From positions 1,968,303 through 2,032,302 of the forward strand of contig CM082582.2 of the NCBI GenBank assembly GCA_040954595.2: a stretch of 64,000 nucleotides of DNA. The letters run 5' to 3'. Position numbers and translations under genes: made by a program. Origin of the DNA: Balanoglossus misakiensis. Its lineage: Eukaryota > Animalia > Hemichordata. The notes beneath the pieces were generated by a model that was not told the origin of the DNA, made no database searches, and worked only from the letters and a program-made list of their open reading frames with translations. Positions 1 to 15,000 of the stretch are shown piece by piece; positions within the stretch are counted from its first letter, which is position 1, and every line of letters starts with the position of its first letter.

Positions 1-3000
1 TTTCTTCTTACACTGGGCTCTACGAAGATTCAAAACGCTGACAGAGGGAAATATCTGTTAATGGTGGGATTTCTTCTCACACTGGGCTCTACGAAGATTC
101 AAAACGCTGACAGAAGGAAACGGCTGTTAATAGTGGGATTTCTTCTCACACTGGGCTCTACAAACATTCAAAACGCTGACAGAAGGAAACATCTGTTAAT
201 GGTGGGATTTCTTCTCACACTGGGCTCTACGAAGATTCAAACCGCTGACAGAGGGAAACGGCTGTTTATGGTGCGATTTCTTCTCACACTGGGCTCTACG
301 AACATTCAAAACGCTGACAGAAGGAAATGGCCGTTAATGGTGGGATTTCTTCTCACACTGGGCTCTACGAAGATTCAAACCGCTGACAGAGGGAAACATC
401 TGTTAATGGTGGGATTTCTTCTCACACCGGGCTGTACGAACATTCAAAACGCTGACAGAAGGAAACATCTGTTAATGGCGGGATTTCTTCTCACACCGGG
501 CTCTACGAACATTCAAACCGCTGACAGAGGGAAACATCTGTTAATGGTGGGATGTCTTCTCACACCGGGCTCTACGAACATTCAAAACGCTGGCAGAGGG
601 AAAAAGCTGTTAATGGTGGGATGTCTTCTCACACAGGGCTCTACGAACATTCAAAACTCAGACAGATGGATACAACTGTTAATGGTGGGATTTCTTCTCA
701 CACTGGGCTCTACGAAGATTCAAAACGCTGACAGAAGGAAACATCTGTTAATGGTGGGATTTCTTCTCACACTGGGCTCTACGAACATTCAAAACGCTGA
801 CAGAAGGAAACAGCTGTTAATGGTGGGATGTCTTCTCACACTGGGCTCTACGAACATTCAAAACGCTGACAGAAGGAAACAGCTGTCAATGGTGCGATTT
901 CTTCTCACACCGGGCTCTACGAACATTCAAAACGCTGACAGAAGGAAACGGCTGTTAATGGTGGGATTTCTTCTCACACTGGGCTCTACGAAGATTCAAA
1001 ACGCTGACAGAAGGAAACGGCTGTTAATGGTGGGATTTCTTCTCACACTGGGCTCTACGAACATTCAAAACGCTGACAGAAGGAAACGGCTGTTAATGGT
1101 GGGATTTCTTCTTACACTGGGCTCTACGAAGATTCAAAACGCTGACAGAGGGAAATATCTGTTAATGGTGGGATTTCTTCTCACACTGGGCTCTACGAAG
1201 ATTGAAAACGCTGACAGAAGGAAACGGCTGTTAATAGTGGGATTTCTTCTCACACTGGGCTCTACGAACATTCAAAACGCTGACAGAAGGAAACATCTTT
1301 TAATGGTGGGATTTCTTCTCACACTGGGCTCTACGAAGATTCAAAACGCTGACAGAAGGAAACATCTGTTAATGGCGGGATGTCTTCTCACACTGGGCTC
1401 TACGAAGATTCAAAACGCTGACAGAAGGAAACGGCTGTTAATAGTGCGATTTCTTCTCACACCGGGCTCTACGAACATTCAAATCGCTGACAGAAGGAAA
1501 CGGCTGTTAATGGTGGGATTTCTTCTCACACTGGGCTCTACGAAGATTGAAAACGCTGACAGAAGGAAACGGCTGTTAATGGTGGGATTTCTTCTCACAC
1601 TGGGCTCTACGAACATACAAAACGCTGACAGAAGGAAACGGCTGTTGATGGTGGGATTTCTTCTTACACTGGGCTCTACGAAGATTCAAAACGCTGACAG
1701 AGGGAAATATCTGTTAATGGTGGGATTTCTTCTCACACTGGGCTCTACGAAGATTCAAAACGCTGACAGAAGGAAACGGCTGTTAATAGTGGGATTTCTT
1801 CTCACACTGGGCTCTACGAACATTCAAAACGCTGACAAAAGGAAACATCTTTTAATGGTGGGATTTCTTCTCACACTGGGCTCTACGAAGATTCAAAACG
1901 CTGACAGAAGGAAACGGCTGTTAATGGTGCGATTTCTTCTCACACCGGGCTCTACGAACATTCAAAACGCTGACAGAAGGAAACGGCTGTTAATGGTGGG
2001 ATTTCTTCTCACACTGGGCTCTACGAACATTCAAAACGCTGACAGAAGGAAATGGGCGTTAATGGTGGGATTTCTTCTCACACTTGGCTCTACGAAGATT
2101 CAAACCGCTGACAGAGGGAAACATCTGTTAATGGTGGGATTTCTTCTCACACCGGGCTGTACGAACATTCAAAACGCTGACAGAAGGAAACATCTGTTAA
2201 TGGCGGGATTTCTTCTCACACCGGGCTCTACGAACATTCAAACCGCTGACAGAGGGAAACATCTGTTAATGGTGGGATGTCTTCTCACACCGGGCTCTAC
2301 GAACATTCAAAACGCTGGCAGAGGGAAAAAGCTGTTAATGGTGGGATGTCTTCTCACACAGGGCTCTACGAACATTCAAAACTCTGACAGATGGATACAA
2401 CTGTTAATGGTGGGATTTCTTCTCACACTGGGCTCTACGAAGATTCAAAACGCTGACAGAAGGAAACATCTGTTAATGGTGGGATTTCTTCTCACACTGG
2501 GCTCTACGAACATTCAAAACGCTGACAGAAGGAAACAGCTGTTAATGGTGGGATGTCTTCTCACACTGGGCTCTACGAACATTCAAAACGCTGACAGAAG
2601 GAAACAGCTGTTAATGGTGCGATTTCTTCTCACACCGGGCTCTACGAACATTCAAAATGCTGACAGAAGGAAACGGCTGTTAATGGTGGGATTTCTTCTC
2701 ACACTGGGCTCTACGAAGATTCAAAACGCTGACAGAAGGAAACGGCTGTTAATGGTGGGATTTCTTCTCACACTGGGCTCTACGAACATTCAAAACGCTG
2801 ACAGAAGGAAACGGCTGTTAATGGTGGGATTTCTTCTTACACTGGGCTCTACGAAGATTCAAAACGCTGACAGAGGGAAATATCTGTTAATGGTGGGATT
2901 TCTTCTCACACTGGGCTCTACGAAGATTGAAAACGCTGACAGAAGGAAACGGCTGTTAATAGTGGGATTTCTTCTCACACTGGGCTCTACGAACATTCAA

Positions 3001-6000
3001 AACGCTGACAGAAGGAAACATCTTTTAATGGTGGGATTTCTTCTCACACTGGGCTCTACGAAGATTCAAAACGCTGACAGAAGGAAACATCTGTTAATGG
3101 CGGGATGTCTTCTCACACTGGGCTCTACGAAGATTCAAACCGCTGACAGAAGGAAACGGCTGTTAATGGTGGGATTTCTTCTCACACTGGGCTCTACGAA
3201 CATTCAAAACGCTGACAGAAGGAAACGGCTGTTAATGGCGGGATGTCTTCTCACACTGGGCTCTACGAACATTCAAAACGCTGACAGAAGGAAACATCTG
3301 TTAATGGTGGGATATCTTCTCACACTGGGCTCTACGAACATTCAAAGCGCTGACAGAAGGAAACCGCTGTTAATGGAGGGGATTTCTTTTCACACTGGGC
3401 TCTACGAACATTCAAACCGCTGACAGAGGGAAACATCTGTTAATGGCGGGATTTCTTCTCACACCGGGCTTTACGAACATTCAAAACGCTGAAAGTAGGG
3501 AAACATCTGTTAATGGCGGGATGTCTTCTCACACTGGGCTCTACGAAGATTCAAACCGCTGACAGAAGGAAACATCTGTTAATGGCGGGATGTCTTCTCA
3601 CACTGGGCTCTACGAACATTCAAAACGCTGACAGAAGGAAACATCTGTTAATGGTGGGATGTCTTCTCACACTGGGCTCTACGAAGATTCAAACCGCTGA
3701 CAGAGGGAAACATCTGTTAATGGCGGGATTTCTTCTCACACCGGGCTCTACGAACATTCAAAACGCTGACAGAAGGAAACAGCTGTTAATGGCGGGATGT
3801 CTTCTCACACTGGGCTCTACGAAGATTCAAACCGCTGTCAGAGGGAAACATCTGTTAATGGCGGGATGTCTTCTCACACTGGGCTCTACGAACATTCAAA
3901 ACGCTGACAGAAGGAAACATCTGTTAATGGCGGGATGTCTTCTCACACTGGGCTCTACGAACATTCAAAACGCTGAAAGAAGGAAACATCTGTTAATGGC
4001 GGGATTTCTTCTCACACCGGGCTCTACGAACATTCAAACCGCTGACAGAGGGAAACATCTGTTAATGGCGGGATTTCTTCTCACACCGGGCTCTACGAAC
4101 ATTCAAACCGCTGACAGAGGGAAACATCTGTTAATGGTGGGATGTCTTCTCACACTGGGCTCTACGAAGATTCAAAACGCTGACAGAAGGAAACATCTGT
4201 TAATGGCGGGATTTCTTCTCACACCGGGCTCTACGAACATTCAAAACGCTGACAGAGGGAAACATCTGTTAATGGCGGGATGTCTTCTCACACCGGGCTC
4301 TACGAACATTCAAAACGCTGACAGAGGGAAACGGCTGTTAATGGCGGGATGTCTTCTCACACCGGGCTCTACGAACATTCAAAACGCTGACAGAGGGAAA
4401 CGGCTGTTAATGGCGGGATTTCTTCTCACACCGGGCTCTACGAACATTCAAAACGATGACAGAGGGAAACATCTGTTAATGGCGGGATTTCTTCTCACAC
4501 TGGGCTCTACGAAGATTCAAAACGCTGACAGAGGGAAATATCTGTTAATGGTGTGATGTCTTCTCACACTGGGCTCTACGAAGATTCAAACCGCTGACAG
4601 AGGGCAACGGCTGTTAATGGTGCGATTTCTTCTCACACCGGGCTCTACGAACATTCAAATCGCTGACAGAAGGAAACGGCTGTTAATGGTGGGATTTCTT
4701 CTCACACTGGGCTCTACGAAGATTCAAAACGCTGACAGAAGGAAACGGCTGTTAATGGTGGGATTTCTTCTCACACTGGGCTCTACGAACATTCAAAACG
4801 CTGACAGAAGGAAACATCTTTTAATGGTGGGATTTCTTCTCACACTGGGCTCTACGAAGATTCAAAACGCTGACAGAAGGAAACGGCTGTTAATGGTGCG
4901 ATTTCTTCTCCCACCGGGCTCTACGAACATTCAAAACGCTGACAGAAGGAAACGGCTGTTAATGGTGGGATTTCTTCTCACACTGGGCTCTACGAACATT
5001 CAAAACGCTGACAGAGGGAAATATCTGTTAATGGTGGGATGTCTTCTCACACTGGGCTCTACGAAGATTCAAACCGCTGACAGAGGGAAACGGCTGTTTA
5101 TGGTGCGATTTCTTCTCACACTGGGCTCTACGAACATTCAAAACGCTGACAGAAGGAAATGGCCGTTAATGGTGGGATTTCTTCGCACACTGGGCTCTAC
5201 GAAGATTCAAACCGCTGACAGAGGGAAACATCTGTTAATGGTGGGATTTCTTCTCACACCGGGCTGTACGAACATTCAAAACGCTGACAGAAGGAAACAT
5301 CTGTTAATGGCGGGATTTCTTCTCACACCGGGCTCTACGAACATTCAAACCGCTGACAGAGGGAAACATCTGTTAATGGTGGGATGTCTTCTCACACCAG
5401 GCTCTACGAACATTCAAAACGCTGGCAGAGGGAAAAAGCTGTTAATGGTGGGATGTCTTCTCACACAGGGCTCTACGAACATTCAAAACTCTGACAGATG
5501 GATACAACTGTTAATGGTGGGATTTCTTCTCACACTGGGCTCTACGAAGATTCAAAACGCTGACAGAAGGAAACATCTGTTAATGGTGGGATTTCTTCTC
5601 ACACTGGGCTCTACGAACATTCAAAACGCTTACAGAAGGAAACAGCTGTTAATGGTGGGATTTCTTCTCACACTGGGCTCTACGAAGATTCAAAACGCTG
5701 ACAGAAGGAAACGGCTGTTAATGGTGCGATTTCTTCTCACACCGGGCTCTACGAACATTCAAAACGCTGACAGAAGGAAACGGCTGTTAATGGTGGGATT
5801 TCTTCTCACACTGGGCTCTACGAAGATTCAAAACGCTGACAGAAGGAAACGGCTGTTAATGGTGGGATTTCTTCTCACACTGGGCTCTACGAACATTCAA
5901 AACGCTGACAGAAGGAAACGGCTGTTAATGGTGGGATTTCTTCTTACACTGGGCTCTACGAAGATTCAAAACGCTGACAGAGGGAAATATCTGTTAATGG

Positions 6001-9000
6001 TGGGATTTCTTCTCACACTGGGCTCTACGAAGATTGAAAACGCTGACAGAAGGAAACGGCTGTTAATAGTGGGATTTCTTCTCACACTGGGCTCTACGAA
6101 CATTCAAAACGCTGACAGAAGGAAACATCTTTTAATGGTGGGATTTCTTCTCACACTGGGCTCTACGAAGATTCAAAACGCTGACAGAAGGAAACGGCTG
6201 TTAATGGTGCGATTTCTTCTCACACCGGGCTCTACGAACATTCAAAACGCTGACAGAAGGAAACGGCTGTTAATGGTGGGATTTCTTCTCACACTGGGCT
6301 CTACGAACATTCAAAACGCTGACAGAGGGAAATATCTGTTAATGGTGGGATGTCTTCTCACACTGGGCTCTACGAAGATTCAAACCGCTGACAGAGGGAA
6401 ACGGCTGTTTATGGTGCGATTTCTTCTCACACTGGGCTCTATGAACATTCAAAACGCTGACAGAAGGAAATGGCCGTTAATGGTGGGATTTCTTCTCACA
6501 CTGGGCTCTACGAAGATTCAAACCGCTGACAGAGGGAAACATCTGTTAATGGTGAGATTTCTTCTCACACCGGGCTGTACGAACATTCAAAACGCTGACA
6601 GAAGGAAACATCTGTTAATGGCGGGATTTCTTCTCACACCGGGCTCTACGAACATTCAAACCGCTGACAGAGGGAAACATCTGTTAATGGTGGGATGTCT
6701 TCTCACACCGGGCTCTACGAACATTCAAAACGCTGGCAGAGGGAAAAAGCTGTTAATGGTGGGATGTCTTCTCACACAGGGCTCTACGAACATTCAAAAC
6801 TCTGACAGATGGATACAACTGTTAATGGTGGGATTTCTTCTCACACTGGGCTCTACGAACATTCAAAACGCTGACAGAAGGAAACATCTGTTAATGGTGG
6901 GATTTCTTCTCACACTGGGCTCTACGAACATTCAAAACGCTGACAGAAGGAAACAGCTGTTAATGGTGGGATGTCTTCTCACACAGGGCTCTACGAACAT
7001 TCAAAACTCTGACAGATGGATACAGCTGTTAATGGTGGGATTTCTTCTCACACCGGGCTCAAAGAACATTCAAAACGCTGACAGAAGGAAACATCTGTTA
7101 ATGGAGGGATTTCTTCTCACACCGGGCTCAAAGAACATTCAAAACGCTGACAGAAGGAAACGGCTGTTAATGGTGGGATTTCTTCTCACACTGGGCTCTA
7201 CGAAGATTCAAAACGCTGACAGAAGGAAATGGCTATTAATGGCGGGATTTCTTCTCACACTGGGCTCTACGAACATTCAAAACGCTGACAGAAGGAAACA
7301 GCTGTTAATGGTGGGATTTCTTCTCACACTGGGCTCTACGAAGATTCAAACCCTTGACAGAAGGAAACATCTGTTAATGGTGGGATTTCTTCTCACACTG
7401 GGCTCTACGAAGATTCAAAACGGTGACAAAAGGAAACATCTGTTAATGGTGGGATTTCTTCTCACACTGGGCTCTACGAAGATTCAAACCGCTGACAGAA
7501 GGAAACATCTGTTAATGGTGGGATTTCTTCTCACACTGGGCTCTACGAAGATTCAATCCGCTGACAGAAGGAAACATCTGTTAATGGTGGGATTTCTTCT
7601 CACACTGGGCTCTACGAACATTCAAAACGCTGACAGAAGGAAACAGCTGTTAATGGTGGGATTTCTTATCACACTGGGCTCTACAAAGATTCAACACGCT
7701 GACAGAAGGAAACATCTGTTAATGGTGGGATTTGTTCTCACACTGGGCTCTACGAAGATTCAAAACTGTGACAGAAGGAAACAGCTGTTAATGGTGTGAT
7801 TTCTTCTCACACTGGGCTCAAAGAACATTCAAAACGCTGACAGAGGGAAACAGCTGTTAATGGAGGGGATTTCTTCTCACACTGGGCTCTACGAAGATTC
7901 AAAACGCTGACAGAAGGAAACATCTGTTAATGGCGGGATGTCTTCTCACACTGGGCTCTACGAAGATTCAAACCGCTGACAGAAGGAAACGGCTGTTAAT
8001 GGTGGGATTTCTTCTCACACTGGGCTCTACGAACATTCAAAACGCTGACAGAAGGAAACGGCTGTTAATGGCGGGATGTCTTCTCACACTGGGCTCTACG
8101 AACATTCAAAACGCTGACAGAAGGAAACATCTGTTAATGGTGGGATATCTTCTCACACTGGGCTCTACGAACATTCAAAACGCTGACAGAAGGAAACAGC
8201 TGTTAATGGAGGGGATTTCTTCTCACACTGGGCTCTACGAACATTCAAACCGCTGACAGAGGGAAACATCTGTTAATGGCGGGATTTCTTCTCACACCGG
8301 GCTTTACGAACATTCAAAACGCTGAAAGAAGGGAAACATCTGTTAATGGCGGGATGTCTTCTCACACTGGGCTCTACGAAGATTCAAACCGCTGACAGAA
8401 GGAAACTTCTGTTAATGGCGGGATGTCTTCTCACACTGGGCTCTACGAAGATTCAAACCACTGACAGAAGGAAACATCTGTTAATGGTGGGATTTCTTCT
8501 CACACTGGGCTCTACGAAGATTCAAAACGCTGACAGAAGGAAACATTTGTTAATGGTGGGATTTCTTCTCACACTGGGCTCTACGAAGATTCAAAACTGT
8601 GACAGAAGGAAACAGCTGTTAATGGCGGGATGTCTTCTCACACTGGGCTCTACGAAGATTCAAAACGCTGACAGAGGGAAACGGCTGCTAATGGTGGGAT
8701 TCCTTCTCACACTGGGCTCTACGAACATTCAAAACGCTGACAGAGGGAAACATCTGTTAATGGCGGGATGTCTTCTCACACTGGGCTCTACGAACATTCA
8801 AAACGCTGACAGAAGGAAACATCTGTTAATGGCGGGATGTCTTCTCACACTGGGCTCTACGAACATTCAAAACGCTGAAAGAAGGAAACATCTGTTAATG
8901 GCGGGATTTCTTCTCACACCGGGCTCTACGAACATTCAAACCGCTGACAGAGGGAAACATCTGTTAATGGCGGGATTTCTTCTCACACCGGGCTCTACGA

Positions 9001-12000
9001 ACATTCAAACCGCTGACAGAAGGAAAAATCTGTTAATGGCGGGATTTCTTCTCACACCGGGCTCTACGAACATTCAAAACGCTGACAGAGGGAAACATCT
9101 GTTAATGGCGGGATGTCTTCTCACACCGGGCTCTACGAACATTCAAAACGCTGACAGAGGGTAACGGCTGTTAATGGCGGGATGTCTTCTCACACCGGGC
9201 TCTACGAACATTCAAAACGCTGACAGAGGGAAACGGCTGTTAATGGCGGGATTTCTTCTCACACCGGGCTCTACGAACATTCAAAACGCTGACAGAAGGA
9301 AACGGCTGTTAATGGTGGGATTTCTTCTCACACTGGGCTCTACGAACATTCAAAACGCTGACAGAAGGAAACGGCTGTTAATGGTGGGATTTCTTCTTAC
9401 ACTGGGCTCTACGAAGATTCAAAACGCTGACAGAGGGAAATATCTGTTAATGGTGGGATTTCTTCTCACACTTGGCTCTACGAAGATTCAAAACGCTGAC
9501 AGAAGGAAACGGCTGTTAATGGTGGGATTTCTTCTCACACTGGGCTCTACGAACATTCAAAACGCTGACAGAAGGAAACATCTTTTAATGGTGGGATTTC
9601 TTCTCACACTGGGCTCTACGAAGATTCAAAACGCTGACAGAAGGAAATGGCTGTTAATGGCGGGATTTCTTCTCACACTGGGCTCTACGAACATTCAAAA
9701 CGCTGACAGAAGGAAACAGCTGTTAATGGTGGGATTTCTTCTCACACTGGGCTCTACGAAGATTCAAACCGCTGACAGAAGGAAACATCTGTTAATGGTG
9801 GGATTTCTTCTCACACTGGGCTCTACGAAGATTCAAAACGGTGACAGAAGGAAACATCTGTTAATGGTGGGATTTCTTCTCACACTGGGCTCTACGAAGA
9901 TTCAAACCGCTGACAGAAGGAAACCACTGTTAATGGTGGGATTTCTTCTCACACTGGGCTCTACGAAGATTCAAAACGCTGACAGAAGGAAACATTTGTT
10001 AATGGTGGGATTTCTTCTCACACTGGGCTCTACGAAGATTCAAAACTGTGACAGAAGGAAACAGCTGTTAATGGTGGGATTTCTTCTCACACTGGGCTCT
10101 ACGAACATTCAAAACGCTGACAGAAGGAAACATCTGTTAATGGTGGGATTTCTTCTCACACTGGGCTCTACGAACATTCAAAACGCTGACAGAAGGAAAC
10201 ATCTGTTAATGGCGGGATGTCTTCTCACACTGGGCTCTACGAACATTCAAAACGCTGAAAGAAGGAAACATCTGTTAATGGCGGGATTTCTTCTCACACC
10301 GGGCTCTACGAACATTCAAACCGCTGACAGAGGGAAACATCTGTTAATGGTGGGATTTCTTCTCACACCGGGCTGTACGAACATTCAAAACGCTGACAGA
10401 AGGAAACATCTGTTAATGGCGGGATTTCTTCTCACACCGGGCTCTACAAACATTCAAACCGCTGACAGAGGGAAACATCTGTTAATGGTGGGATGTCTTC
10501 TCACACTGGGCTCTACGAAGATTCAAAACGCTGACAGAAGGAAACATCTGTTAATGGCGGGATTTCTTCTCACACCGGGCTCTACGAACATTCAAAACTC
10601 TGACAGATGGATACAACTGTTTATGGTGGGATTTCTTCTCACAACGGGCTCTACGAACATTCAAAACGCTGACAGAGGGAAACATCTGTTAATGGCGGGA
10701 TGTCTTCTCACACCGGGCTCTACGAACATTCAAAACGCTGACAGAGGGAAACGGCTGTTAATGGCGGGATGTCTTCTCACACCGGGCTCTACGAACATTC
10801 AAAACGCTGACAAAGGGGAATCGGCTGTTAATGGCGGGATGTCTTCTCACACCGGGCTCTATGAACATTCAAAACGCTGACAGAGGGAAACGGCTGTTAA
10901 TGGCGGGATTTCTTCTCACACCGGGCTCTACGAACATTCAAAACGCTGACAGAGGGAAACATCTGTTAATGGCGGGATTTCTTCTCACACCGGGCTCTAC
11001 GAACATTCAAAACGCTGACAGAGGGAAACGGCTGTTAATGGTGGGATTCCTTCTCACACTGGGCTCTACGAACATTCAAAACGCTGACAGAAGGAAACAT
11101 CTGTTAATGGTGGGATTTCTTCTCACACTGGGCTCTACGAACATTCAAAACGCTGACAGGGAAACGGCTGTTAATGGTGGGATTCCTTCTCACACTGGGC
11201 TCTATGAACTTTCAAAACGCTAACAGAAGGAAACATCTGTTAATAGTGGGATTTCTTCTCACACTGGGCTCTACGAACATTCAAAACGCTGACAGAGGGA
11301 AACATCTGTTAATGGCGGGATTTCTTTTCACACCGGGCTCTACGAACATTCAAAACGCTGACAGAGGGAAACGGCTGTTAATGGTGGGATTCCTTCTCAC
11401 ACTGGGCTCTACGAACATTCAAGACGCTGACAGAGGGAAACGGCTGTGAATGGTGGCCTTCCTTCTCACACTGGGCTCTACGAACATTCAAACCGCTGAC
11501 AGAAGGAAACGGCTGTTAATGGCGGGATGTCTTCTCACACTTGGCTCTACGAAGATTCAAACCGCTGACAGAAGGAAACGGCTGTTAATGGCGGGATGTC
11601 TTCTCACACTTGGCTCTACGAACATTCAAAACGCTGACAGAAGGAAACATCTGTTAATGGCGGGATTTCTTCTCACACTTGGCTCTACGAACATTCAAAA
11701 CGCTGACAGAAGGAAACATCTGTTAATGGTGGGATTTCTTCTCACACTGCGCTCTCCGAACATTCAAAACGCTGACAGAGGGAAACTGCTGTTAATGGTG
11801 GGATTCCTTCTCACACTGGGCTCTACGAACATTCAAAACGCTGACAGAGGGAAACGGTTGTTAATGGCGGGATTTCTTCTCACACTGGGCTCTACGAACA
11901 TTCAAAACGCTGACAGAAGGAAACAGCTGTTAATGGTGGGATTTCTTCTCACACTGGGCTCTACGAAGATTCAAACCGCTGACAGAAGGAAACATCTGTT

Positions 12001-15000
12001 AATGGTGGGATTTCTTCTCACACTGGGCTCTACGAAGATTCAAAACGGCGACAGAAGGAAACATCTGTTAATGGTGGGATTTCTTCTCACACTGGGCTCT
12101 ACGAAGATTCAAACCACTGACAGAAGGAAACATCTGTTAATGGTGGGATTTCTTCTCACACTGGGCTCTACGAAGATTCAAAACGCTGACAGAAGGAAAC
12201 ATTTGTTAATGGTGGGATTTCTTCTCACACTGGGCTCTACGAAGATTCAAAACTGTGACAGAAGGAAACAGCTGTTAATGGTGGGATTTCTTCTCACACT
12301 GGGCTCTACGAACATTCAAAACGCTGACAGAAGGAAACATCTGTTAATGGTGGGATTTCTTCTCACACTGGGCTCTACGAACATTCAAAACGCTGACAGA
12401 AGGAAACATCTGTTAATGGCGGGATTTCTTCTCACACCGGGCTCTACGAACATTCAAACCGCTGACAGAGGGAAACATCTGTTAATGGTGGGATTTCTTC
12501 TCACACCGGGCTGTACGAACATTAAAAACGCTGACAGAAAGAAACATCTGTTAATGGCGGGATTTCTTCTCACACCGGGCTCTACGAACATTCAAACCGC
12601 TGACAGAGGGAAACATCTGTTAATGGTGGGATGTCTTCTCACACTGGGCTCTACGAAGATTCAAACCACTGACAGAAGGAAACATCTGTTAATGGTGGGA
12701 TTTCTTCTCACACTGGGCTCTACGAAGATTCAAAACGCTGACAGAAGGAAACATTTGTTAATGGTGGGATTTCTTCTCACACTGGGCTCTACGAAGATTC
12801 AAAACTGTGACAGAAGGAAACAGCTGTTAATGGTGGGATTTCTTCTCACACTGGGCTCTACGAACATTCAAAACGCTGACAGAAGGAAACATCTGTTAAT
12901 GGTGGGATTTCTTCTCACACTGGGCTCTACGAACATTCAAAACGCTGACAGAAGGAAACATCTGTTAATGGCGGGATTTCTTCTCACACCGGGCTCTACG
13001 AACATTCAAACCGCTGACAGAGGGAAACATCTGTTAATGGTGGGATTTCTTCTCACACCGGGCTGTACGAACATTAAAAACGCTGACAGAAAGAAACATC
13101 TGTTAATGGCGGGATTTCTTCTCACACCGGGCTCTACGAACATTCAAACCGCTGACAGAGGGAAACATCTGTTAATGGTGGGATGTCTTCTCACACTGGG
13201 CTCTACGAAGATTCAAAACACTGACAGAAGGAAACATCTGTTAATGGCAGGATTTCTTCTCACAACGGGCTCTACGAACATTCAAAACGCTGACAGAGGG
13301 AAACATCTGTTAATGGCGGGATGTCTTCTCACACCGGGCTCTACGAACATTCAAAACGCTGACAGAGGGAAATGGCTGTTAATGGCGGGATGTCTTCTCA
13401 CACCAGGCTCTACGAACATTCAAAACGCTGACAAAGGGGAAACGGCTGTTAATGGCGGGATGTCTTCTCACACCGGGCTCTATGAACATTCAAAACGCTG
13501 ACAGAGGGAAACGGCTGTTAATGGCGGGATTTCTTCTCACACCGGGCTCTACGAACATTCAAAACGCTGACAGAGGGAAACATCTGTTAATGGCGGCATT
13601 TCTTCTCACACCGGGCTCTACGAACATTCAAAACGCTGACAGTGGGAAACGGCTGTTAATGGTGGGATTCCTTCTCACACTGGGCTCTACGAACATTCAA
13701 AACGCTGACAGAAGGAAACATCTGTTAATGGTGGGATTTCTTCTCACACTGGGCTCTACGAACATTCAAAACGCTGACAGAGGGAAACGGCTGTTAATGG
13801 TGGGATTCCTTCTCACACTGGGCTCTATGAACTTTCAAAACGCTGACAGAAGGAAACATCTGTTAATAGTGGGATTTCTTCTCACACTGGGCTCTACGAA
13901 CATTCAAAACGCTGACAGAGGGAAACATCTGTTAATGGCGGGATTTCTTTTCACACCGGGCTCTACGAACATTCAAAACGCTGACAGAGGGAAACGGCTG
14001 TTAATGGCGGGATTCCTTCTCACACTGGGCTCTACGAACATTCAAAACGCTGACAGAGGGAAACGGCTGTTAATGGTGGGATTCCTTCTCACACTGGGCT
14101 CTACGAACATTCAAAACGCTGACAGAAGGAAACATCTGTTAATGGTGGGATTTCTTCTCACACTGCGCTCTCCGAACATTCAAAACGCTGACAGAGGGAA
14201 ACATCTGTTAATGGCGGGATTTCTTCTCACACCGGGCTCTACGAACATTCAAAACGCTGACAGAAGGAAACATCTGTTAATGGTGGGATTCCTTCTCACA
14301 CTGGGCTCTACGAACATTCAAAACGCTGACAGAAGGAAACATCTGTTAATGGTGGGATTTCATCTCACACTGGGCTCTACGAACATTCAAAACGCTGAAA
14401 GAAGGAAACAGCTGTTAATGGTGGGATGTCTTCTCACACTGGGCTCTACGAACATTCAAAACGCTGACAGAAGGATACAACTGTTAATGGCGGGATGTCT
14501 TCTCACACTTGGCTCTACGAAGATTCAAACCGCTGACAGAAGGAAACGGCTGTTAATGGCGGGATGTCTTCTCACACTTGGCTCTACGAAGATTCAAACC
14601 GCTGACAGAAGGAAACGGCTGTTAATGGCGGGATGTCTTCTCACACTTGGCTCTACGAACATTCAAAACGCTGACAGAAGGAAACATCTGTTAATGGCGG
14701 GATTTCTTCTCACACTTGGCTCTACGAACATTCAAAACGCTGATAGAGGGAAACATCTGTTAATGGCGGGATTTCTTTTCACACCAGGCTCTACGAACAT
14801 TCAAAACGCTGACAGAGGGAAACATCTGTTAATGGCGGGATTTCTTTTCACACCGGGCTCTACGAACATTCAAAACGCTGACAGAGGGAAACGGCTGTTA
14901 ATGGTGGGATTCCTTCTCACACTGGGCTCTACGAAGATTCAAAACGCTGACAGAAGGAAACATTTGTTAATGGTGGGATTTCTTCTCACACTGGGCTCTA

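Noticed and set aside
3558-3595. Hammerhead-ribozyme-like core in the 69-bp monomer (CUGA-CA-GA..GAAAC..GUC, with ACAUC/GAUGU able to form stem III)
   Set aside because: The core has an extra base relative to CUGANGA, there is no stem II, and stem I does not pair (UUCU vs AACG). Frequent variants (GATTTC, AAACGG) break stem III without compensation. An Infernal search or cleavage assay could reopen this.
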